From Eledone cirrhosa (Eukaryota), in the NCBI GenBank assembly GCA_964016885.1, contig OZ024743.1, positions 199,888,001 to 199,952,000 on the forward strand: a stretch of 64,000 bases of DNA, written 5' to 3'. The position numbers and the translations under genes were made by a program. This document shows, in pieces, positions 28,501 to 43,289 of this stretch. The notes below the pieces were generated by a model that saw only the letters and a list, made by a program, of their open reading frames with translations, did no database searches and was not told the origin of the DNA. The number at the start of each line of letters is the position of its first letter. Position 1 is the stretch's first letter.

Positions 28501-31500
28501 CCCCACACTAGCTCCACAACCACCACAAAACCCATCACCAGCCCCACAACCACCACAAACCCCATCACCAGCTCCACAACCACCACAAACCCCATCACCA
28601 GCCCCACAACCACCACAAACCCCATCACCAGCCCAACAACCACCACAAACCCCATCACCAGCTCCACAACCACCACAAACCCTATCACCAGCCCCACAAC
28701 CACCACAAACCCCATCACCAGCCCCACAACCACCACAAACCCCATCACCAGCCCCACAACCACCACAAACCCCATCACCAGCTCCACAACCACCACAAAC
28801 CCCATCACCAGCTCCAAATCCACCACAAAACCCATCACCAGCCCCACAACCACCACAAAACCCATCACCAGCCCCACAACCACCACAAACCCCATCACCA
28901 GCTCCACAACCACCACAAACCCCATCACCAGTTCCACAACCACCACAAAACCCATCACCAGCCCCACAACCACCACAAAACCCATCACCAGCCCCACAAC
29001 CACCACAAACCCCATCACCAGCTCCACAACCACCACAAACCCCATCACCAGCTCCACAACCACCACAAAACCCATCACCAGCCCCACAACCACCACAAAC
29101 CCCATCACCAGCTCCACAACCACCACAAAACCCATCACCAGCCCCACAACTACCACAAACCCCATCACCAGCTCCACAACCACTACAAACCCCATCACCA
29201 GCTCCACAACCACCACAAACCCCATCACCAGCTCCACAACCACCACAAAACCCATCACCAGCCCCACAACCACCACAAACCCCATCACCAGCTCCACAAC
29301 CACCACAAACCCCATCACCAGCTCCACAACCACCACAAAACCCATCACCAGCCCCACAACCACCACAAACACCATCACCAGCTCCACAACCACCACAAAC
29401 CCCATCACCAGGTCCACAACCACCACAAAACCCATCACCAGCCCCACAACCACCACAAACCCCATCACCAGCTCGACAAGCACCACAAAACCCATCACCA
29501 GCCCCACAACCGCCACAAACCCCATCGCCAGCCCCACAACCACCACAAACCCCATCACCAGCTCCACAACCACCACAAACCCCATCACCAGCTCCACAAC
29601 CACCACAAACCCCATCACCAGCTCCACAACCACCACAAAACCCATCACCAGCCCCACAACCACCACAAACCCCATCACCAGCTCCACAACCACCACAAAC
29701 CCCATCACCAGCCCCACAACCACCACAAACCCCATCACCAGCCCCACAACCACCACAAACCCCATCACCAGCCCCACAACCACCACAAACCCCATCACCA
29801 GCTCCACAACCACCACAAACCCCATCACCAGCCCCACAACAACCACAAACCCTATCACCAGCTCCACAACCACCACAAAACCCATCACCAGCCCCACAAC
29901 CACCACAAACCCCATCACCAGCCCCACAACCACCACAAACCCTATCACCAGCTCCACAACCACCACAAAACCCATCACCAGCCCCACAACCACCACAAAC
30001 CCCATCACCAGCTCCACAACCACCACAAAACCCATCACCAGCCCCACAACCACCACAAACCCCATCACCAGCCCCAAAACCACCACAAACCCCATCACCA
30101 GCCCCACAAGCACCACAAACCCCATCACCAGCTCCACAACCACCACGAACTCCATCACCAACCCCACAACCACCACAAACCTCATCACCAACCCCACAAC
30201 CACCACAAACCCCATCACCAGCCCCATAACCACCAAAACCCCCATCACCAGCACCACAACCACCACGAACTCCATCACCAACCCCACAACCACCACAAAC
30301 CTCATCACCAGCCCCAAAACCACCACAAACCCCATCACCAGCCCCACAACCACCACAAACCCCTATCACCAGCTCCACAACCACCACGAACTCCATCACC
30401 AACCCCACAACCACCACAAACCCCATCACCAGCCCCACAACCACCACAAACCCCATCACCAGCCCCACAACCACCACAAACCCCATCACCAGCTCCACAA
30501 CAACCACAAACCCCATCACCAACCCCACAACCACCACAAACCCCATCACCAGCTCCACAACCACCACAAACCCCATCCCCAGCTCCACAACCACCACAAA
30601 CCCCATCACCAGCTCCACAACCACCACAAAACCGATCACCAGCCCCACAACCACCACAAAACCCATCACCAGCCCCACAACCACCACAAAACCCATCACC
30701 AGCCCCACAAACACCACAAAACCCATCACCAGCCCCACAACCACCACAAACCCTATCACCAGCCCCACAACCACCACAAACCCCATCACTAGCTCCACAA
30801 CCACCACAAAACCCATCACCAGCCCCACAAACACCACAAACCCCATCACCAGCTCCACAACCACCACAAACCCCATCACCAGCCCCACAACCACCACAAA
30901 CCCCATCACCAGCCCCACAACCACCACAAACCCCATCACCAGCTCCACAACCACCACAAACCCCATCACCAGCCCCACAACCACCACAAACCCCATCACC
31001 AGCCCCACAACCACCACAAACCCCATCACCAGCCCCACAACCACCACAAACCCCATCACCAGCTCCACAACCACCACAAACCCCATCACCAGCTCCACAA
31101 CCACCACAAAACCCATCACCAGCCCCACAACCACCACAAAACCCATCACCAGCCCCACAACCACCACAAACCCCATCACCAGCTCCACAACCACCACAAA
31201 CCCCATCACCAGCTCCACAACCACCACAAAACCCATCACCAGCCCCACAACCACCACAAAACCGATCACCAGCCCCACAACCACCACAAACCCCATCACC
31301 AGCTCCACAACCACCACAAACCCCATCACCAGGTCCACAACCACCACAAAACCCATCACCAGCCCCGCAACCACCACAAACCCCATCACCAGCTCCACAA
31401 CCACCACAAAACCCATCACCAGCCCCACAACCACCACAAACCCCATCACCAGCTCCACAACCACCACAAACCCCATCACCAGCTCCACAACCACCACAAA

Positions 31501-34200
31501 CCCCATCACCAGCTCCACAACCACCACAAACCCCATCACCAGCTCCACAACCACCACAAAACCCATCACCAGCCCCACAACCACCACAAACCCCATCACC
31601 AGCTCCACAACCACCACAAACCTCATCACCAGCCCCACAACCACCACAAACCCCATCACCAGCCTTACAACCACCACAAACCCCATCACCAGCCCCACAA
31701 GCACCACAAACCCCATCACCAGCCCCACAACCACCACAAACCCCATCACCAGCCCCACAACCACCACAAACCCCATCACCAGCTCCACAACCACCACAAA
31801 CCCCATCACCAGCCCCACAACCACCACAAACCCCATCACCAGCCCCACAACCACCACAAACCCCATCACCAGCCCCACAAGCACCACAAACCCCATCACC
31901 AGCTCCACAACCACCACAAACCCCATCACCAGCTCCACAACCACCACAACCCCTATCACCAGCTCCACAACCACCACAAAACCCATCACCAGCCCCACAA
32001 CCACCACAAACCCCATCACCAGCCCCACAACCACCACAAACCCTATCACCAGCTCCACAACCACCACAAAACCCATCACCAGCCCCACAACCACCACAAA
32101 CCCCATCACCAGCTCCACAACCGCCACAAACCCCATCACCAGCCCCACAACCACCACAAACCCCATCACCAGCCCCAAAACCACCACAAACCCCATCACC
32201 AGCCCCACAACCACCACAAACCCCATCACCAGCTCCACAACCACCACGAACTCCATCACCAACCCCACAACCACCACAAACCTCATCACCAACCCCACAA
32301 CCACCACAAACCCCATCACCAGCCCCAAAACCACCACAACCCCCATCACCAGCTCCACAACCACCACGAACTCCATCACCAACCCCACAACCACCACAAA
32401 CCTCATCACCAGTCCCAAAACCACCACAAACCCCATCACCAGCCCCACAACCACCACAAACCCCCATCACCAGCTCCACAACCACCACGAACTCCATCAC
32501 CAACCCCACAACCACCACAAACCCCATCACCAGCCCCACAACCACCACAAACCCCATCACCAGCCCCACAACCACCACAAACCCCATCACCAGCTCCACA
32601 ACCACCACAAACCCCATCACCAACCCCACAACCACCACAAACCCCATCACCAGCTCCACAACCACCACAAACCCCATCACCAGCTCCACAACCACCACAA
32701 CTCCATCACCAGCTCCACAACCACCACAAACCCCACCCCCAGCTCCACAACCACCACAAACTCCATCACCAGCTCCACAACTACCACAAACCCCATCAGC
32801 AGCCCCACAACCACCATAAACCCCATCACCAGCTCCACAACCACCACAAACTCCATCACCAGCTCCACAACCACCACAAACCCCATCACCAGCCCCACAA
32901 CCACAACAAACCCCATCACCAGCTCCACAACCACCACAAACTCCATCACCAGCTCCACAACCACCACAAACCCAATCAGCAGCCCCACAACCACCACAAA
33001 CCCCATCACCAGCCCCACAACCACCACAAACCCTATCACCAGCTCCACAACCACCACAAAACCCATCACCAGCCCCACAACCACCACAAACACCATCCCC
33101 AGCACCACAACCACCACAAACCCCATCACCAGCTCCACAACCACCACAAACTCCATCACCAGCCCCACAACCACCACAAACCCCATCACCAGCTCCACAA
33201 CCACAACAAACCCCATCACCAGCTCCACAACCACCACAAACTCCATCACCAGCTCCACAACCACCACAAACCCCATCAGCAGCCCCACAACCACCACAAA
33301 CACCATCACCAGCCCCACAACCACCACAAACCCTATCACCAGCTCCACAACCACCACAAAACCCATCACCAGCCCCACAACCACCACAAACCCCATCCCC
33401 AGCTCCACAACCACCACAAACCCCATCACCAGCTCCACAACCACCACAAACCCCATCACCAGCACCACAACCACCATAAACCCCATCACCAGCTCCACAA
33501 CCACCACAAACCCCATCACCAGCCCCACAACCACCACAAACCCCATCCCCAGCTCCACAACCACCACAAACCCCATCACCAGCCCCACAACCACCACAAA
33601 CCCCATCCCCAGCTCCACAACCACCACAAACCCCATCACCAGCCCCACAACCACCACAAACCCCATCCCCAGCTCCACAACCACCACAAACCCCATCACC
33701 AGCTCCACGACCACCACAAACCCCATCACCATCACCAGCTCCACAACCACCACAAACCCCATCACCAGCTCCACAACCGCCACGAACCCAATCACCAACC
33801 CCACAACCACCACCAACCCCATCACCAGCCCCACAACCACCACAAACCCCATCACCAGCCCCACAACCACCACAAACCACATCATCAGCCCCACAACCAC
33901 CACAAACCCCATCACCAGCCCCACAACCACCACAAACCCCATCACCAGCTCCATAACCACCACAAACCCCATCACCAGCTCTAAACCACCACAAACCCCA
34001 TCACCAGCTCTAAACCACCACACACCCCATCACCAGCCCCACAACCACCACAAACCCCATCACAAGCCCCACAACCACCACGAACCCAATCACCAACCCC
34101 ACAACCACCACCAACCCCATCACCAGCCCCAAAACCACCACAAACCCCATCACCAGCCCCACAACCACCACAAACCCCATCACCAGCTCCACAACCACAA
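22521..34200. repeat. 30-bp minisatellite (CCCCATCACCAGCYCCACAACCACCACAAA), roughly 390 units
   Basis: 30-bp periodicity visible in the line register; 1-bp phase shifts near 23178, 28505, 30361, 32461 and 32700. Confidence 0.98.
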
Positions 34201-35190
34201 ACATAAAATACCACAACAACCAACAAAACGACCACCAACACAACTACCACAAATACTACAACCACTACTACGATAACCACTTGAACCACCAGCACAACCA
34301 CAAATATAACAACCACTGAAATCAACACCATAACCACTACCACCACAACCACCCCAACAACTACCTCCACAACAACAACCACCACCAGAAACATAACTCC
34401 CAACACAACCATTACCACCACAACCACTACCACCACCATAACTATCATTATCACAACCAATACACCACCACCACTACAACTACCACCACAACTACTACCA
34501 CAACCACTACATCTATCTCAACAATGCCAAACCCACCATATCCATTACCACCACAACCACTACAACCACTACCACAACAAAACTAACACCACCACCACAA
34601 CCACCACAACTACCACTACAACAACCGCCACAACCACTTCACCCACCACCACAACAAGGACAACCACCACCAACACGACCACCACCCACTACCAACGCCA
34701 CCACCACAACAAGAACCACCACCAACACAACAAGAACAACTACCACCAACACAATGACCACCAACACCACCGCCGCCACAACCACAAACACCACCAACAA
34801 CAACAACAACAACACCACAACTAGCACAACACCAACAACACCAGCACAACTACCACCACCACAACCACCACCACTACAACTACCACCACCACCACCACAA
34901 CCGCCACCACAACAACTAGCACCACCACCACTACCACCACCACAAGAACAACTACCACCACCACAACCACTACAACTACCACCACCACCACCACAACAAC
35001 TACAACTACCACCACCACAACCACCACCACTACAACTACCACCACCACAACCACCACCACTACAACTACCACTACCACCACCAGAAGAACAACTACCACC
35101 ACCACAACCACCAACACAACAACTACCACCACCACCACCACCACAACAACAACTACCACCACCACAACCACCACCACTACAACTATCACT
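34200..35190. repeat. ACC/AAC/ACT low-complexity tract
   Basis: Read directly. Confidence 0.9.
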
Positions 35191-35465
35191 ATCATCATAT
35201 CAAAGCTAGTCTTTCTATCTTTGTTTTTCTGTATTTTTTCGTTGTTTTCATTTTGTTGATTATTTGTTTCTTTTCCGTTGATAATTTTGCCACCATTTTC
35301 TCCAGCGTTTGAAAAAACAAAATCTCGTTTATGTTCGTGATTTGGGGTGAGATTGGGTGGAGTGATGTGGTTCCTTCCAAGGTTATTTAATATGTTCTTA
35401 GCTTTATATCATTTTATTTTCAATTTTTAATTATAATTTGATCAATCTGTTGAAATTATTCCTTT

Positions 35466-35497
<32 letters not shown>

Positions 35498-35719
35498 CTT
35501 CTTCTTCTTCTTGCTGGTTGTTGTTGTTCTTGCTGTTGTTTTTGTTATTGAAGTTGCTGTTGTTGTTCTTATATACGGTGTTGTTGTTGTTGATGTTTTT
35601 CTTGCTGTTGTTGTTTTTTCTTGCTGTTGTTCTTGTTGATGATGTTGCTGTTGCTCTTGTTCTCGTTTTTGTTGTTGTAGTAATTGTTGTTGTTGTTGTT
35701 GTTGTTGTTGGTGTTGTTG

Positions 35720-35751
<32 letters not shown>

Positions 35752-35867
35752 GGTGTTGATAAGATGTTTTTTTGTAGTAGTTATTTCTACCTACAACTTG
35801 ATATTTTCTTCGTTTTTCTTCTTCTTCGTCGTTGTAGTTGCAGTGTTTGTTGCCGTTTTTAATGCTT

Positions 35868-36044
35868 TGACGATGATGATGATAATAATGATAGTGATAA
35901 TGATGATGATAATGATGATGATAATGATGGTAATGATGATGATGATGATGATAATGATGGTGATGGTAATGATGATGATAATAATGGTGATGATGCTGGT
36001 GGTGGTGGTGGTGATGATGATGATGATGATGATAATGATGGTGA

Positions 36045-36078
<34 letters not shown>

Positions 36079-36201
36079 GATAGTGATGATGATGATGATT
36101 ATGATGATGATGGTAATGATGATTATGATAATGGTAATGACGATGATAATTGTAATAAGGGTGATGACAATGATGATGATGATAATGAAATGATAGTGAT
36201 A

Positions 36202-36243
<42 letters not shown>

Positions 36244-36268
36244 ATGGTGATGATGATGATGATTATGG

Positions 36269-36299
<31 letters not shown>

Positions 36300-36312
36300 G
36301 ATGATGGTGATT

Positions 36313-36344
<32 letters not shown>

Positions 36345-36425
36345 GATGATGATGATGATAATGATGGTGATGGTGATGATGATGATGATGTTGATGATGA
36401 TGACGATAATGATGGTGATGATGGT
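35868..36425. repeat. (GAT)n microsatellite field
   Basis: Read directly. Confidence 0.95.
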
Positions 36426-36560
36426 GAAGTTGCAATTTTTGTAAATTGCAATGTCATTTCTGTTGATGCATTTCCTCTGTTATTTCTCTGGATAATTAAA
36501 ACATTCATTTCTCTTGCTATTGTTTTGCTTTTAATTCAAAGTTCGTGTTCGTACATGTAT

Positions 36561-36711
<151 letters not shown>

Positions 36712-36959
36712 TTTTTGAGTATATCTTGGTTGTCTTGCCTTAGAAAAAAATTTCTATAGACTTTTGACTGAGGAATGTTTTCACAACTGACCAATGGGAG
36801 GAGAGAGTCTCCTATGATGCCGAAATTCGTTTGTTCGAATTCATATGATTCTAGTTCCTCAGAGAAATAACAACCCAACCAGGAGCTGGACATATCGGAG
36901 TATTGACGGAGTAAAACACTTTAACAACATGTGTATCTGTCTCTACCACACCAATTCGG

Positions 36960-37014
36960 ACTGCCTGAAGAGGTCACAGCCAATGATGGCTGTCACCGAA
37001 ATATATATAGCAGT
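36960..37014 (+). ncRNA. Type I minimal hammerhead ribozyme motif in a PLE pseudo-LTR-like module (~36720-37068)
   Basis: ACTGC-CTGAAGA-GGTcACAGCCA atga TGGCTGTcACC-GAAA-TATATA-TA-GCAGT; CTGACCAATG upstream, AATAAA downstream, (TA)n on both sides. Confidence 0.88.
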
Positions 37015-37063
37015 ACATCTTTAATAAACGAAGCCAAATCTTAAATATTTGACTTAATTACTT

Positions 37064-37100
<37 letters not shown>

Positions 37101-37103
<3 letters not shown>

Positions 37104-37235
37104 ATAATATTAATAAATGGAAGCTATCTTTATAAAACCATATTTATTTTATTATATATATTAGGGTACCTAAATTTTGCTACGCGCTCATCAGATAAAA
37201 TACAAAAATTGTTTTACATATAGTGACATATTCAG
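37101..37235 (-). mobile_element. Decayed copy of the 16360-16490 hammerhead module
   Basis: Same flanks, stem I and CTGATGA; GAAA lost. Confidence 0.7.
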
Positions 37236-37389
37236 ACAAGAACATAATGTTTTGAGTTCTATTTGAATCGATGTATATATATATATTTATTAAAATAACA
37301 GATTAAAGTTTAAGCAAAGAATCGCTGCTATATATATTTATGTATATATATATATATATGTATATATATGTATATATATATGTATATAT

Positions 37390-37522
37390 AACGAAGGAAA
37401 TGTGATAAGGAACCAGATGGACCATGACGTACCAGAGTACTCAATACTTAGGGTAGCAGAGCTCAAGCCGTTTCGACTACTAGTCCAGAAATAGCCGTCG
37501 AAACGGCTTGAGCTCTTTTCCT
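37390..37522. mobile_element. TA-flanked repeat with fold-back end (same family as 16153-16243 and 47234-47423)
   Basis: AAGGAACCAGATGGACCAT.ACGTACCAGAGTACTCAATA shared; AGAGCTCAAGCCGTTTCGAC / GTCGAAACGGCTTGAGCTCT inverted pair. Confidence 0.8.
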
Positions 37523-37927
37523 ATATGTATATATATAGTGTATATATATATATATATATATACACAAGCACACATTAATATGTGGGCACGCATACATGTA
37601 TACATGTACACACACACACACTCACAAACACAGACACACACACACACACAAACACACATAAACACTCCCTCTCGCTCTCTCTCACACACACACTCACATA
37701 CACACACACACACACATATATATATGTGTTCATACGTGTGTGTGTGTGTGTGTGTGTCTCCATACGAGAGATAGCTGGAACGATTCCTCGCAGGTCTCTC
37801 TGTCCATGATTTCGTCTCTATATCTACTCGGTATATCTAACTATTTAATTATCGTTATCAACTGTTATCAAAGTTATCTGCATTGTGGGAACATATTTTC
37901 AATGTAGGAAAACAACACAGAAGACCA

Positions 37928-38302
37928 ATATAATTGTTTCTACGTTAGGCACAAGGCCAGCAATTACCCAGTGCATTACTGGTACTTTATTTTATCGACC
38001 CCCGTAAGGATGAAAGGTAAAGTTAACCTCGGTGGGATTTGAACTCAGACTGTAAAGGGACGTAACTATGCTAGAAAACATGGCGTTCAACCCTCTACCG
38101 ATACTGCCAATTCACCGTATAACATAATTGTTTCTACTATTGGCACAAGGCCAGCAATTACCCAGTACATTACTGGTACTTTATTTTATCGACCCCGTAA
38201 GGATGAAAGGCAAAGTCAACCTCGGCGGGATTTGAACTCAGATCGTAAAGGGACGTAATTATGCTGGAAAGCATGGCGTCCGACCCTCTACCGATACTGC
38301 CA
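37928..38302 (-). mobile_element. Two tandem tRNA-derived SINEs (family 1)
   Basis: Two ~190-bp units, each with box A, box B and core. Confidence 0.85.
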
Positions 38303-38444
38303 AAAAACATAATGAAGTATAAAAAGTATTTAAAGTCATTGAATCAAACAGTCTTCTTCTTCTTCTTCTTCTTCTTCTTCTTCTTCTTCTTCTTCTTCTT
38401 CTTCTTCTTCTTCTTCTTCTTCTTCTTCTTCTTCTTCTTCTTCC

Positions 38445-38625
38445 TGAGAGGGTCGTTGGGGTAGAATCCTCATACTTCTTCTATGGGGTCTCGGGATACG
38501 CAATCTTCGTGCGACCATCTCACGCCTCCCAGGACATGTCGCTGGTCCATCGTCAGTTTTTGCAGCATGAAATAGAGACTGCAATATATTTTTTGAACAG
38601 GCCCCTACCTTTTAAAGTTCTTGGT
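38445..38625 (-). repeat. Unclassified repeat, inverted homolog of ~53265-53400; abuts a (CTT)n tract
   Basis: AATATATTGCAGTCTCTATTTCATG...AAAAACTGACGAT...GATTGCGTATCCC present at both loci. Confidence 0.75.
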
Positions 38626-38844
38626 CTTAATTCAGAGATTAACTGACTATAACATGCCACATACATCGACCCCTACAGGAAATCAACCCCTACAGCTAAT
38701 CCACCCTTAGACCCAATCCACCCCGTTGTAATATATGAAGGGGACAAATAGATAAGAAAGGCAATTTAGGATAATCGGGACAAACAGCTTGCTTCCTTCT
38801 AATTCTCTTAGTTTCTACTACCTGTTTATATCTGTCTGTATAGT

Positions 38845-38933
<89 letters not shown>

Positions 38934-40740
38934 GTATATGTATACACGCATACACACACACACACACGCACATATATATATATGTATGTATGTATGTATA
39001 TATGTATGTATATGTGTGTATATATGTATGTGTGTCAATATGTATGTGTATATGTATGTACGTATGAGTGTGCATGTATGTATGTATGTATGTATATATG
39101 TATGTATGTATATATACATATATGTATGTGTGTTTTTCTGTAGTGTGAGAGTGTGTATTGCTTCGTGGGTTTCAGTGTGTATGTGTGTATAATTGTATGT
39201 TTGTGCACACGTACGTGAATGTGCTTGTGTGTGTGGCTGTTTGTATGTGTGTTTGTGTTCAAACGTACACGCTTATATGTGTGCATATGTATATGTGTGT
39301 GAGGGGTGGATGAAAGGATGTAAAAATCATTGTCTCAGATTTGGGCGTGGTTAGTTTAACTCCTTTCTAAGAAAAACAATAAAAATCATGACACGTGTCA
39401 AGAAAGTCTTTTTGTAGGGTTAAAGGTTCGTCCCTCCTGTCTTATAAAACGGAAAAGAATTTGAGAATTCCTTTGCTGCCATTTCTAAAAGAAATACCAG
39501 AACACTATCTATATTGATTGACCTTTGTTACTTGGAATAAATATTTTACAAGAAATTTGGAAACCGTTAATGGTAGATGACTCTTCCCTAATCAGTCAGT
39601 GATTCCCAGATTAAGGGTGGTTGGGTGACTCCTCATGATCCACAAAGGTAGTATTGGAGTTGATGGGAGGAACTCTTGAATGTTCACAAATGTAGTAGTG
39701 GGTTTCCAAAGACTCGAGAGGATTCACTAAGATAGTATTGGAGATCCGGTGACATCTAGGTATCCATAAATGTAGTATTAGGCTTTCGGGGACTCCTGTG
39801 AATTCAGGGATTCCTGGAGTCTGCAATGGTAGTATTGGAGTCATGGAATCGCTTGAGGGTCCAGAATGGTAGTATTTGGTTTCTTAGGATTTCTCTGAAC
39901 GTTAGTATTGGGGTTTCAGAAACTTTTGTAGTTTCGCAAAGTTATCACTGGGTTTCTGGGGACTTCTAAGTGTTCACAGAAGTAGTATTAGGTATTCGTT
40001 GACCCCACGACCTCCGCAAAGGGGGTGAGTGAAATAACTTCAAAGTTTCAAGCTCTTTGTTAAACATCTAATATACACACACACTGTTAGGTATCCATTT
40101 CGGTTGTTATTATCACAGTATAACAATGTGGGATGTGATTAATTGTAGCAGGGAGTGGTCTGTGAGAAGCTTCATTTGAATAAAACTGATCCTTGGTAGT
40201 GAAAGGTTGAAAACTACTGTGCAACAAGGTTACTTGATCTGCTAGAAATAGCAAGGACATTTCTAACAAATCACACCTACTAACTTAATAGGTGAATGCC
40301 AGAGTGGATAGTGTGTTATGGGTGTAAACAACTTCATAAAAAGATGGAAATATCACGATGTGAATGCAAATGATCATAGACCTGTCTACTCAGTGTTGCC
40401 CTGAGGCAAAAAAATGTCAATATTGAAAACTAAATGAGTTAGCAAGTAGAGCTTTATGTAGTCAGTCGATCTGCTGGAGATAGCAGCCAAATCTCCCATC
40501 GAATAAAGTCCCAAGGAAGGAATAAACTCGTCACAAGGAAGAAAAAGTTAAATGACGTAAACATAAACGAAAAATATATGGTCATGGAAGGAATGACTTT
40601 GGTCATAGATCTCCTCGATGACGGACTATACAGATATGTGATATCCATGATATATATATGGCTGACTATATTGAGTTCTGTTATCCTATATTTATTGGTT
40701 GCTACATATATTGATGTCTGATAAACTTGATGTAATGTTT

Positions 40741-41400
40741 ACTGGAATTATTGCAGTTTGATATCAATGAGATATTGTTGTATGACAATAGTGGGATTTG
40801 TTGTCATTGATATATTGCTGGCTGGTAATACTAGGGTATGATATAAATCCTATATCAATCACTGGATATATTGAGGTTTGATATCATTGAGATATTGTTG
40901 TATGACAATAGTGGGCTACGTTGTCATTGATATATTGCTGGCTGGTAATACTAGGGTGTGACATACATCCTATATAACTCACTGGATATATTGAGCTTTG
41001 ATATCCTTGAGATACTGTATAACTATAGTGAGATATGTTGTCGTTGATATATTGGTTGCTGGTTATATTGGGGTGTGATATACACACTATATCAATCACT
41101 GGACATATTGAGGCCTGATATCTTTGTTGTATTATATATAACTATAATGAAGTATTGTATATAGGTTGCTGGCTATATTATGGCTTGATATCATTGGTCT
41201 GTTGTTTGCTGGTTATATTAAAGTGTTATATCTATGCTATATTCCTTGCTGGTTATACTGGGATGTAATATACATACTATGTCAGTCACTGGATATATTG
41301 AGGTCTAATATCTTTGATGTATCATATATGACTATAATGAGATATGATATCATTGATATATTGGTTACTGGCTATATTATGGCTTGATATCATATATGTT
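40741..41400. repeat. Diverged ~120-bp tandem repeat
   Basis: ACTGGATATATTGAG...GATATC-like unit starts at 40741, 40861, 40981, 41098 and 41288. Confidence 0.8.
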
Positions 41401-42569
41401 GGTTATATTGAAATGTTATATTGGTTGGTGAATATATCAACGTCTGATATCCTTAAAGTATGATGATTGTTATCCTTCATATATTAGGTGCTGGATATAT
41501 TGAGGCTTGATATTCATGACATATAGTGTTTATCTACATAGCGGTGTAATATTCTTTATATTTTAGTTGGTTGCTGTGCTAAATCTCGGTGTCCTTGGTA
41601 TATAACGACTGTCTATAACGTCAACCTAAAAATAAATACTACAGCCTTCAGCTTGCAATCAATTACAATATGTATATATTTCTGTGCCAACTGTTTGAAT
41701 TGTAGAAAGCAAATCCTTCTTCTAACACCAATTAGAAATAACCAAACAGCAAGACTACTAGAATCATTGTCCTTCTTTCTTCTGCTCTACCATCCGTTAT
41801 ATTGTTTTAGAAATTACTTAATTGTCATACATTTCTGCTTGCAATTCACATTTGTCTGGGCTAAAGGCTTGTACTATAGCATAAGTTGCATTCCCATGAA
41901 GGTATCAGATTATTATTGTTTCGTGAAAAAAAAAGTGGTAGAGAAAATGGTGCCAACATTTTGAGTTACCTAAACGCGGCATTATAATCTCTTAATGAGA
42001 TTACACGCAAAGTTGAGCACGTGTTTAAGAACATTCTATGTTGAATAACATTTACCATTCTCCAGATGGTATGTTAAATCTACTTTCATTTATATCGAAA
42101 TTTCTAAAGTCTCAAGAGACTCTTGTTATTTAATATAATATTCTATAGTTAATGCTTAAACCTCGCTGGTATCATTTTCACTGCGAACAATTCAAAAAGC
42201 CTAGAAGTAAGTTTTGGTAAGAATTAACAAAGTCAAATAATAACAATCGTCCCTTCAAATTCTGTAGAGAATGCCACATTTCTTTTAATTGGAATGTCTA
42301 ACAATAGAGTAAACTGCTAAACAAGGCCACAGTTCATGAGATATATGTATGTGTGCTTGTGTTAAACAATTAAAAAAAACCAACCTACTGATTTTGATAC
42401 TTTCTAAATCTCAACACAACAAATATCTTTTTCTGTTTGTTTCTTAGAATTTGAAGTAACAAAAACAAAGCAAAACAAATGAAAATAATAAAACGACCAT
42501 GTGAAGTGTATTTTTATGCTTGTCTAAATATAAATTTACTAGTGATAGGTGCCTCTAATATTTCCTACT

Positions 42570-42608
<39 letters not shown>

Positions 42609-43253
42609 CAAAAAAAAAGAGAAAAAAGAAACGAAGAAACCAAATAGATTAAGTTGTCGAAATGCGACTCACAGCAAGAGTGCCAGCAGTCTGGCACCAG
42701 CCTGTATTTCGTTCCCGATTCTAATCTAACACTGGAATCACAGTGGAAAGGTATTCCCGTTTCAAAAGAACAACTTATAGAGACCAAAACACAGCCAGAT
42801 ATAAACAATTTCTCCGGGATATTTTGCAATGATATGGAAGCAAAGTTAGGTATAAAGTTTAACAGCAGACGCCATTGCGAGTAATTTATCAGTGTAACAT
42901 TGACCCAAAAGAATACTTTAAAATGCTCCTTCAAAATGTGAGGGTCATTGTGGTCAATAATGATAATAATAATAACAACAACAACAACAACTACTACTAC
43001 TATAACAATAATAAACAGATTTTATAACCTTCAAACATATAGGCAGGCATACATTTCATGAGCATGCTAACAAGCTGAAAGTGGGAAGATATTAGTGTAG
43101 TTCTTTATCAGCAAAATGGATATAAGATTTTAGCTAAACCAGTAGAAAGAGATTGCGACATATTGTGACATTGTGATATTTAAAGAGCAAGAAAAGCTAT
43201 AATCTGCTGTTGCTGTTGACTCAGAAGCTAAAAAGAATGTAAAACAGGAAGGA

Positions 43254-43289
<36 letters not shown>

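Noticed and set aside
23167-32457. 3096-aa ORF and other very long ORFs
   Set aside because: Translations of the 30-bp minisatellite; no unique domain, no clear start context, and the frame switches at indels.
22521-34200. CRISPR-like regular array
   Set aside because: Units are contiguous with no unique spacers, and the context is eukaryotic.
37928-38302. tRNA genes
   Set aside because: Box A and B are present but followed by a SINE core in many diverged copies; no cloverleaf.
39597-40060. Possible hAT element starting CAGTGATTCCC with internal GTAGTATTGG repeats
   Set aside because: No matching right TIR or TSD could be identified.
42539-42934. Unique-looking ORFs as a possible host exon
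   Set aside because: No recognisable protein motif or convincing pair of splice sites.
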